Assembly: GCA_964410125.1 (NCBI GenBank) | Contig: CAYPGQ010000014.1 | Span: 938 to 64,937 of the forward strand | DNA length: 64,000 nucleotides | Reading direction: 5' to 3' | Source of the DNA: an uncultured Eubacteriales bacterium | Lineage (GTDB): Bacteria > Acidobacteriota > Aminicenantia > Aminicenantales > Aminicenantaceae | Translations under genes and position numbers: made by a program | Shown: piece by piece, positions 29,036 through 36,725 of the stretch | Layout: each line of letters opens with the position of its first letter | Numbering within the stretch: the stretch's first letter is position 1 | The notes under the pieces: model-generated | The model's input: only the letters and a program-made list of their open reading frames with translations | The model's database searches: none | Told to the model about the DNA's origin: nothing

Positions 29036-29260
29036 GTCCCTTTCCCCTCTTGAATAATTTTTCAAAATGAGAGCCTTTTGCTGTATAGCTACTCATCACT
29101 CTTTTTTTGATCGGAAATTATGTCTTTTGCCCTTAAACAGAAACGTCTAATTGGACATTTTTCCCCCTAAAACCGAAAAAATTCAAAGGGTTTAAATTTC
29201 GTCTGTCAGCTTTTGAATATGGTTGGATAAACGGTCTATGTCAAGCAATCCCAGTGAAAT

Positions 29261-29295
29261 GTCACTTTATTTCACTTTATTTCACTTTATGTCAC
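29261..29295. repeat. Tandem 10-bp repeats (gtcactttat ttcactttat ttcactttat gtcac) with an inverted half-site AGTGAAAT at 29253..29260
   Basis: I read these directly. They lie about 200-260 nt upstream of the AAA+ gene start and overlap the stop of the 29292..30455 gene. Confidence 0.7.
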
Positions 29296-30455
29296 ATTAA
29301 AATTTCTAAATCTTTCAAACTTGATAAGTCATTTTTTTCTGCCTCAACTCTTTTGTAACAATGGATCAGATAATTCCCATCTGCATCCGTTGTCCTGAAA
29401 AATATGAAATTTTCAGAAATTTTTAGCAAATCACAACCCAGATTCATCTGAACCAGGATTTTTCCTTGATCGTCGATCAGCCAGTAATCCATAATTCCTT
29501 CTTCACTTCTCTCAGGATTCGAAATGAGAATATTGCCATCGGGTGTCAGAGAAATCCCGCTCAAATTCGGCTTTTTATCATAAACGGAGTTTTTATACTT
29601 TTCTACGACCTTTCCGAATCTCTCATACCAGGCCTTATCGGTTTGAACTTCTTTCCTCATTTTTCTCCAATCTTCAAGATCCTTATTTATTACTTTCTCG
29701 GGTTCAGGCAGCTTTGATTCGATTTCGTTGACCATTTTTCCTTCATAGTCATAAACCTTAAGATTTCGACTCAATCCATCTGCAAAAACAATCGAATTTC
29801 CTTTCCAGGGTATCCAGGCGAAAGCGGGAAAAAAGGGAAGCCATTGATCAGCCCCGCTATTACCGCTAGAGATTGATTTGAAATAATCTGTTTTGATGAT
29901 TTCAGAAACGACTTCCCCGTTTGAATTTATGTGGGTGAGAGCTTGAGGATAGCGATATAAAAAGTAGTCCTTTTTCATTTCGGGCTTAAACATGTACCAG
30001 ATTTCAAGCAGAAATCCTCCATTATCCAAGGAAAGAGAATTGGCAATTCCGAATATTTCGTTAATTTCAGGATGCAATACTTTATGGAGTTCACCTGATA
30101 GCTCCATTATAGTGATCCATCTGTGTCCCCCAAAAGATTCCGTGAAGCAAAGTCTTCGGTCGTGAGTGAATCCAAAGTTTGCCCCTTCTGCTCTTTGAAT
30201 TTCGCCTGGCCCCTGGCCTTTGCCACCGATCCTTCTTAGATACTTTCCGTCAGGAGAATAGACTTTTATAAAGGCATCACTACGATCATAAATATAGATA
30301 TTCCCGTCAGGCCCTTCCATGATTTGGCGAGGATAAATAAGAAAACCATCACCTTCCTCATTCCCGAGAATAAAATGTCTTTTATCAGAGGCGGGATATG
30401 CCGCCAGACTAATAATTAGTACCAAACAGATAAGCAGGCATGTTCTTTTTATCAT
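29292..30455 (-). CDS. Six-bladed beta-propeller family protein, secreted
   Basis: It has a signal peptide and the GKGQGPGEI motif. It is a paralog of 37670..38806 and 39579..40592. Confidence 0.6.
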   Translation of the reverse strand: MIKRTCLLICLVLIISLAAYPASDKRHFILGNEEGDGFLIYPRQIMEGPDGNIYIYDRSDAFIKVYSPDGKYLRRIGGKGQGPGEIQRAEGANFGFTHDRRLCFTESFGGHRWITIMELSGELHKVLHPEINEIFGIANSLSLDNGGFLLEIWYMFKPEMKKDYFLYRYPQALTHINSNGEVVSEIIKTDYFKSISSGNSGADQWLPFFPAFAWIPWKGNSIVFADGLSRNLKVYDYEGKMVNEIESKLPEPEKVINKDLEDWRKMRKEVQTDKAWYERFGKVVEKYKNSVYDKKPNLSGISLTPDGNILISNPERSEEGIMDYWLIDDQGKILVQMNLGCDLLKISENFIFFRTTDADGNYLIHCYKRVEAEKNDLSSLKDLEILM

Positions 30456-30629
30456 TTTTACCCTCCTTCTTAATATAATACGAATCTTATCTGAATTTTA
30501 TTCCCTATCGCTCTTTTTTTTTACAGGTCGCAAATAAAAAATCAGTAATTATAAAAAATATTGATTTTTGGCACGGAGAGTTATCAAGTGGAATCGCCCG
30601 GGAGTAAAATGCCGCTTTAACCATTTACT

Positions 30630-31312
30630 CTAAATCTTTGCCGAACTAATCGCCTTCCCAGTCTCGTATGTGAATAATTCTATTCCATTGAACTGTCCTC
30701 CGCTTCCCTCCTCGAGCCAACCTCCGGTATTGAACATCGTCACATTTAAGCTTTGGTCGGTGAAAGGCTGAATAACCAGCCGTTTTGAATCCTTTATTCC
30801 AATCGGTCTATGAGAATGGCCGAAAATGATCATTTTTGGATTGACTGGGATGTTCAGGCTGTTTTCCTTATTCAGGCTTTCGATCTCCGCATTGCTGGAT
30901 TTGTAGTAATCGATCATTTTTTGATGGGTATCAGGTTTATACTCCCAATTCTCATCTTTCCTGGGAGAAGAATCAGGCCTTTTTTCTATGCACTTTTTAA
31001 GTATGCATTTGGCAAAATATATGCCAATTTTTATGAGCCAGTGTAATGGATTGTACCAGTTGAATTTGAAAGTATCTTTTTTGAGAGCCTTTTCCAGATT
31101 ATTGACGTATCCCATTATTTTTTTTGAATGGCTACATCGATCACATCGCCGAGCATGACCAGGTAGTCGTTATTTGTGCCGCAAGCTTCTCTGAATTCAG
31201 GGTATTTTGGCCCAAGAATTGGATTGCCGTTAGAATCGAGCGCGGCCAGTTGGCTGGTGCCATCCCCGAAATGAGTGTCTGATGTTATAATAATTTTCAT
31301 TGGCCCCTCCAT
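30630..31312 (-). pseudogene. Metallophosphoesterase split into two ORFs (copy 1)
   Basis: The DTHFGD and LGDVID motifs are in the N-terminal ORF and GHSHRP is in the C-terminal ORF. The frames are offset by -1 at an A8 tract. It has a 104-nt deletion relative to copy 2. Confidence 0.6.
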
Positions 31313-31431
31313 TATGGATATGCGGAAAAGAGGGGGATTTGATGTGCTTTTAAAACAGGAGAGATGATTGCTTAATTTGCCCCTCTAATACTGCTTATCA
31401 TATAAATAGATAAGTTTTTGATGTGAAAATG

Positions 31432-31698
31432 TCAAGGAAAAATTTGGATAAGAATTCTGGATTTTCCGCAATTTCCAATGCAAGAATATCCGGGTCCTGC
31501 AGGTTTGGCTTCTACGACTCCGATGGCTTTTCTGTTGGCGAATAAGGCATAATCGACGGGGCCGACTTTTATGGGGAACTCGCGGATGGCGATCCCTGGG
31601 CCGGCACCTAGATTGATATTTAAGCGATCTTGGATAATCCAGTCGGCTTTTTGGAGATGTTTATCGATATCCTGTCTGGCTTGTTCTTCCGGTTTCAT
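31432..31698 (-). pseudogene. Type I restriction enzyme HsdR N-terminal fragment
   Basis: The HSDR_N-like pattern is EQARQDIDKHLQKADW...VDYALF...GVVEAK. It is cut off after about 70 aa where the duplicated block begins. Confidence 0.6.
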
Positions 31699-31732
31699 TT
31701 GATTTTGATTAAGTCGATTCCCAGGAGATTAG

Positions 31733-31759
31733 ATTATAGAAATAAAGAGGTTTTGGCAA
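31733..31759 (-). promoter_or_regulatory. Portable promoter cassette copy a: TTGCCA-N15-TATAAT
   Basis: It sits inside a conserved block of about 55 bp also found at 38857..38883 and 42758..42784. In every case it reads into a minus-strand gene. Confidence 0.5.
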
Positions 31760-31839
31760 GCGTTATGCGGAGATTACCAAGACTTTGGCTTAAAAATCTT
31801 TCTGCCATCATCAAGAACAACAGGATTCGGGAATTGATG

Positions 31840-31868
31840 AAAAAAACCCTTGGATCGTGACCCAAGGG
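31840..31868 (-). terminator. Rho-independent terminator (minus strand)
   Basis: The stem-loop is CCCTTGG-N8-CCAAGGG followed by T7 on the minus strand. A second hairpin is at 31872..31892. Confidence 0.5.
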
Positions 31869-32118
31869 TGGCTAGTGAAGTAATTTCACTAGGGATGATT
31901 CTAATAATAAAATAGTGCAGCGTGTTCCATTTGTCAATAACAAAAAATATGGATTAGTCTTTGTTATCATCATGTCTGGCTATTTATAAGAACGAAAAAG
32001 TTGAAGAAAAATTCTCATTTACATTTATTCTGACATTCAACAAAATCCTTATTTCCCTTTTTTTAATCAGCCTTGACAGAATCAATCCAAATAATTAGCT
32101 TAATTCCCCTAGAGATAT

Positions 32119-32223
32119 AAAAAAAGCGACTGGGTGTAAGGCCAGTTTCGGCCTTTCGATAAGACGCTTGGCGACTCGTCCCAGACGCATAATAATAATA
32201 GTGAAATGATTTCGAAAAGTCAA
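32119..32223 (-). ncRNA. Candidate small RNA gene, copy 1 (own promoter + about 70-nt structured transcript + U-tract)
   Basis: TTGACT (32218..32223), a 17-nt spacer and TATTAT (32195..32200) precede a conserved structured segment that ends in U7 (32119..32125). Confidence 0.5.
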
Positions 32224-32282
32224 TAAATATCTAAATTTTATGTGCATACAGAACTTTATGAAGGTCGATTATGACATCTGCG

Positions 32283-33446
32283 TCAGGTAGTACGAAAAGC
32301 AACAGAATAGTCCTCGTTTTCGTCATAACCGTACCTTTTTAAGAACGAAGGAATTGCGCTGTAATTCTCACCAACATATTCGGCAAGTTTTCCTTTGGAT
32401 ATTTTCTCAAGAAAAAAAGCTTTAATCGCCAACAAAATGTATTTAGTAGAAAGATATGGTTTTTCTATTTCTGCCCAATCCGTGTTCCGTTGTTTTTTGT
32501 CAATGTCTCTGATGATCCCCTTCTCGAGTTCTTCTTGAATGCCCTCTTTCCTCAGAAGGTCAAGGTTAACCAATCGCCATAGTAAAGCTTCGATCGAAAC
32601 ATCGAAATCTCGAGCAATATCGACCAAATTCAGATATGAAATCGAGTCCTTACCGGTCTTTTTCTCAAACGCATCTCGAACCTCTTTCTCTGGTATAAGT
32701 AAAGATGCTGCAAAGACGTCAGCTAATTGTTCAACGCGGCTTTTTCCTTTTGTATTGTCTTGGTATATCTCTTCAGGATCGAAATCTTCCCAGGTTATTA
32801 AGTGAAAGAATTCGTGCGTGAGGTCGAAATTGCGTCTCCAGGGTGCATCATTAGCGTTAATCAGGACAGCCATTCCAAAATCCTCATCTATTGTCGAGCC
32901 TCCAGAAATGTCATCATCCATCGGAAGAAAAATAATCTTGATACCCATTTCTTCCTCTAAGATTTTTGACAACGAACATGCCGGACGCAATCCCAAATTC
33001 AGAATGCTAGCGTATTTAAAGGCGAGGTTTTCGACACATTTGAAAGCATCCTGGGTAAGCAATTCATGTTTATCAATATTGATTTTTGATCCTGTTTTTG
33101 AAACATCAGGCTCACCGAGAAGTTTTAGGAGATTTTGGTAACGCTCACATATCGAAATGAATTGCCGTTCGATAATTGTTTTTTGAGGGCTTGTTTCTGG
33201 CCTTCTCCAGAGGATCCTGACTTCTTTCTGAGGAACGTCAAGATTCAGGAAATACTCAATGTCACGGCCATAGATTTTAGCTAATTTAGCAAGTTCCCAG
33301 GCTTTTACCTCCCTCTCCCCTGCCTCAATGCTGCTTAATGTCTGGTAATTGTTGAATCCTAATTTTTCTGATACTTCCTTTAGAGTAAAATCCAGAGACT
33401 CCCTTTCTCGCTTAAGAAGATTTGCCAGTTTCTTTTGGATATTCAT
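32283..33446 (-). CDS. XRE-family HTH fused to ImmA/IrrE-type zinc metallopeptidase (copy 1)
   Basis: The HTH is LKEVSEKLGFNNYQTLSSIEAGERE and the HEXXH motif is HEFFH. The start is set at MNIQKK (ATG 33446); the upstream part of the ORF is promoter DNA. Confidence 0.8.
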   Translation of the reverse strand: MNIQKKLANLLKRERESLDFTLKEVSEKLGFNNYQTLSSIEAGEREVKAWELAKLAKIYGRDIEYFLNLDVPQKEVRILWRRPETSPQKTIIERQFISICERYQNLLKLLGEPDVSKTGSKINIDKHELLTQDAFKCVENLAFKYASILNLGLRPACSLSKILEEEMGIKIIFLPMDDDISGGSTIDEDFGMAVLINANDAPWRRNFDLTHEFFHLITWEDFDPEEIYQDNTKGKSRVEQLADVFAASLLIPEKEVRDAFEKKTGKDSISYLNLVDIARDFDVSIEALLWRLVNLDLLRKEGIQEELEKGIIRDIDKKQRNTDWAEIEKPYLSTKYILLAIKAFFLEKISKGKLAEYVGENYSAIPSFLKRYGYDENEDYSVAFRTT

Positions 33447-33540
33447 TTTTGCTACCGAATTAAATATATATGATAATATTATATTTGTCAAATAGAATAT
33501 GATAATAATATAAGATATTATTATTCTACATTTTAAATAA

Positions 33541-33556
33541 GGTTCATCGCAAAAAT
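33541..33556. repeat. Left arm of 16-bp inverted repeat GGTTCATCGCAAAAAT
   Basis: It is the reverse complement of 34224..34239. The two arms bracket the glycine-zipper gene and its promoter. Confidence 0.75.
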
Positions 33557-33587
33557 GAGTGCCTAGCAAGATAAGATTTAGGGGTAA

Positions 33588-34145
33588 TTATTGAAAGTTC
33601 CGAATCCGCGCTTTTTTGCGCAGTTTATACAGTGCTTTTCTTATTTCTGTTTCTGATTTTCCCTCGATTTGGACTATTTTATCTGATCCTTCAAGTGCGC
33701 CAATTATTCCTCCAAGAATGGCTCCGGAAAGGCCGATATAAAAACCATAACCCAATGCTTTGTCCTTCGCTGTCATTATGGATAGGTCCATCCAAACACG
33801 ATGTCCCCACCACGTCCCATAACCAGGAGGATCGTCTCCTTCCACATAACCAATTAATGATCCAATAACGGCTCCACTTATTAATCCAATCCCTCCCCAA
33901 GCCAGACTTTTTGATTTCTTCACAATTTCAATAAGCTTAATCTCCCTGATATCAACAGATACATCGGCTCCTGATTCAGAATCCAGCAATAACAGAGAAT
34001 TCTCCTTTACAGCAATAAGCTCACCTATTGCATACTGCCCGTCTATTTTCTGGACTATGAGCTCTGATCCATTTTTCTTGGCATATAGATTTTCTGAAAA
34101 TGCAAATAAAGATAAAACCAAAAACAAAACTATGCATTTTTTCAT
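33588..34145 (-). CDS. Secreted glycine-zipper protein (copy 1)
   Basis: It has a signal peptide and GxxxG-rich stretches (GGIGLISGAVIGSLIG, GLSGAILGGIIGALEG), and a basic C-terminus. Confidence 0.55.
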   Translation of the reverse strand: MKKCIVLFLVLSLFAFSENLYAKKNGSELIVQKIDGQYAIGELIAVKENSLLLLDSESGADVSVDIREIKLIEIVKKSKSLAWGGIGLISGAVIGSLIGYVEGDDPPGYGTWWGHRVWMDLSIMTAKDKALGYGFYIGLSGAILGGIIGALEGSDKIVQIEGKSETEIRKALYKLRKKARIRNFQ

Positions 34146-34179
34146 TACTCCCCCAGCTTTATAGTAATTCCTCTCTTTT

Positions 34180-34208
34180 AAGATATGGTGTCAAAAGGCT
34201 TTTGTCAA
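34180..34208 (-). promoter_or_regulatory. Sigma70-type promoter TTGACA-17-TATCTT for the glycine-zipper gene
   Basis: The hexamers and spacing are conserved in copy 2 (42658..42686). Confidence 0.5.
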
Positions 34209-34223
34209 TCTTATCGGGTACTA

Positions 34224-34239
34224 ATTTTTGCGATGAACC
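34224..34239. repeat. Right arm of 16-bp inverted repeat (ATTTTTGCGATGAACC)
   Basis: It is the reverse complement of 33541..33556 and lies 15 nt upstream of the -35 box. Confidence 0.75.
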
Positions 34240-34325
34240 CGAAAAAATGAAGGATATACTCATGTAAAAGATAAAATCACTGACTTGATTCGAAAAGAAG
34301 TCATAATCCGCATCAAAAAGTGACT

Positions 34326-35112
34326 CTAAATCTTTATAGAACTAATCCCCTTCCCGGTCTCATATGTGAACAGCTCTATTCCATTGAACTGACCTTCGCT
34401 TCCCTCTTTGAGCCAACCTCCGGTATTGAACATCGACACATTTGAGCTTTGGTCCTTGAAAGGCTGAATAACCAGCCGTTTTGAATCCTTTATTCCAATC
34501 GGTCTATGAGAATGGCCGAAAATGATCATTTTTGGATTGACTGGGATGTTCAGGCTGTTTTCCTTATTCAGGCTTTCAATCTCAGCATTGCTGGATTTGT
34601 AGTAATTGATCATTTTTCGATGGGTGTCAGGTTTATACTCCCAATTTTCATCTTGCCTGGGAGAAGAATCAGGCCTTTTTTCTATGCACTTTTTAAGCTT
34701 GCATTTGGCCCAACATATTAGTATTTTTATGGGCCAGTGCAATGGATTGTACCAATTGAATTTGAATGTCTCTTTTCCGAGAGCCTTTTCCAGATTATTG
34801 ACGTATCCCATTATTTTTTTTGACTTGTTGGCTTTAAATTCATATTGAATGTCTCTAATAACATCGGATAAGGGGCCTGCCTGACCGACTCCGGAGCTTG
34901 AAAGCTGAGCTAATGGAAAATTCAAATATGGCTACATCAATCACATCGCCGAGCATGACCAGGTAGTCGTTATTTGTGCCGCAAGCTTCTACGAATTCAT
35001 GGTATTTTGGTCCAAGAATTGGATTGCCGTTAGAATCGAGCGCGGCCAATTGGCTGGTGCAATCTCCGAAATGAGTGTCTGAAGTGATGACAATTTTCAT
35101 TGGCCCCTCCAC
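34326..35112 (-). pseudogene. Metallophosphoesterase split into two overlapping ORFs (copy 2)
   Basis: It has the same motifs as copy 1. The N- and C-terminal frames are offset by +1 near 34930. It retains the 104 nt that copy 1 lacks. Confidence 0.6.
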
Positions 35113-35296
35113 TATGGATATTCAGAAAAAAGAGGGATTTGATATGGCTTCAGGATTGGAGAGATGATTGCTTAATTTGCCCCTCTAATACTGCTTATCA
35201 TTTAGATAGATAAGTCTTTGATGTGAAAATGTCAAGGAAAAATTCGGATAAGGCAGGGAGTTCGAATTTTAGAGTGATAGAGGGGTCGCAAAGTTT

Positions 35297-35518
35297 TTAT
35301 GATTCAAATTCACTCCGAGACAACCCCGACTGCCGTATGATAGATTGCAAAGTTCCAATTCTGATTTCATCATGGTTTGGAATAGGCACTGTTATTGTCC
35401 CATGAAGAAGCTTCTTTTGCACTACAATATGGCTGCCGCGCCTTCGGATTTCCTTGAAACCATGTTTTGCCAGAATGGAACATACTTCTTTGCCAGATAG
35501 AACTCGCAGTTTACCCAA
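35297..35518 (-). CDS. hicA: HicA-family mRNA interferase toxin
   Basis: The sequence is LSGKEVCSILAKHGFKEIRRRGSHIVV. It overlaps the upstream hicB. Confidence 0.8.
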   Translation of the reverse strand: MGKLRVLSGKEVCSILAKHGFKEIRRRGSHIVVQKKLLHGTITVPIPNHDEIRIGTLQSIIRQSGLSRSEFES

Positions 35519-35726
35519 CAGCTACCTCAACTTGGGTTACGAAAATCTCCCCATGGTGACGCTTTTTGAGCTCTTCAGGTGACGCTACTTCAAAGAAAAG
35601 TTCAAGCGCTTCCCGAAGATTATCCCGAGCCTGTTCAATGCTCTTGCCTTGGCTTGCTATATCCAATTCTGGGCATAATGACACGTATCCATCACCTTCG
35701 CGCTCAATAATTGCCGTGAGTTTCAT
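35511..35726 (-). CDS. hicB: HicB-family antitoxin (UPF0150-type)
   Basis: The sequence is AIIEREGDGYVSLCPELDIASQGKSIEQARDNLREAL. Confidence 0.75.
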   Translation of the reverse strand: MKLTAIIEREGDGYVSLCPELDIASQGKSIEQARDNLREALELFFEVASPEELKKRHHGEIFVTQVEVAVG

Positions 35727-35782
35727 TGCGAATGCCTCCCTATGTTCGTATCTTTTTTGATATTATAGCATAGTTCCGGTCT

Positions 35783-35975
35783 TGAAGCAGGTCGATTATG
35801 ACGTCAGCATCAAGTCGTGCGATATTCAACAGAATAGTCCTCGTTTTCGTCGTATCCATACTTATTTAAGAACGAAGGAATTGCGCTGTAATTCTCATAA
35901 ACATATTCGGCGAGCTTGCCTTTGGATATTTTTCCGAGCCTCTCCCCTGCCCTCATATTCAAGAAGCTTGACACT
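35783..35975 (-). pseudogene. Internally deleted XRE-ImmA remnant (3' end joined to an HTH fragment)
   Basis: There is nucleotide similarity to 32250..32420 (the gene 3' end), followed by cctctcccctgcc, which matches the AGERE codons of the HTH. Confidence 0.5.
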
Positions 35976-36020
35976 GCCTATCCAAATAACCACAATAAGC
36001 GCAAATAACAAAAGTAGCTC

Positions 36021-36656
36021 ATGGCGATTAACCAGAAAAGAAGACAAAAAGCTCTGCTGAAAAAGCGCAGAAAAGAAAAGGAAAAAAGGAAAAAACGAGC
36101 ACGTTCTTCAGATTCTAGTGAGTATTCCCACAGGGTTAGCCTTATCAAAAACGCAAAAAACTATCCTCTTAATGAATGTTTGATTGATAAGGAATGGCAA
36201 GATCGGGGATTGGCACAGATACTAATATCACGAAGACAGCCAAACAACAAATTGACCTTTGGCGTGTATCTTGTCGATATATTTTGTCTTGGTCTTAAGA
36301 ATACATTCTGCAATGCCAATATTTCTCTGGAAGAATATCAAAGACTGAAACTGGATACATTAAAAGAATCAGTTCTAGTCCCCTGCTCGCCAGGGGAAGT
36401 TTGTAAGATCATCTTTGGGGCAATCGAATATGCAAGAAGATTGGGCTTTGAACCTCAAAAAGATTTCGATTTATCGTATTTTGTCCTTAAGGGACTTCCA
36501 ATTAATGATTATGATCTGACATTAGAATTTGGCTATGATGGCAAACCTCTCTACATTGCTGGCCCTGATGATGACTTCGAGGTCATCATAGAGATCTTAA
36601 GAAAAAATGTTGGAGAAGGCAATTTTGATTTCGTCGCTCCATTACCATTGAAGTGA
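36021..36656 (+). CDS. Hypothetical protein with a highly basic N-terminus
   Basis: It is a clean ORF of 211 aa. I recognised no catalytic motif. Confidence 0.45.
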   Translation: MAINQKRRQKALLKKRRKEKEKRKKRARSSDSSEYSHRVSLIKNAKNYPLNECLIDKEWQDRGLAQILISRRQPNNKLTFGVYLVDIFCLGLKNTFCNANISLEEYQRLKLDTLKESVLVPCSPGEVCKIIFGAIEYARRLGFEPQKDFDLSYFVLKGLPINDYDLTLEFGYDGKPLYIAGPDDDFEVIIEILRKNVGEGNFDFVAPLPLK

Positions 36657-36725
36657 ATCCCCAGATTTAAGATGCAGATTCGATCTGAAGAGGCGGCTGC
36701 AGATCAGTAATAATGATTAGGATAA

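Noticed and set aside
31754-31770. TGGCAAGCGTTATGC looked like a sigma54 -24/-12 element on the plus strand.
   Set aside because: The -12 GC is not conserved in the other two copies of the block. The TGGCAA is better explained as the complement of the -35 TTGCCA of a minus-strand promoter.
32119-32190. A short peptide ORF (MRLGRVAKRLIER...) inside the small-RNA element, possibly leaderless.
   Set aside because: The ATG is ACG in copy 3 and there is no SD. The predicted terminator lies inside the ORF, and the substitutions track RNA stems and loops rather than codon positions.
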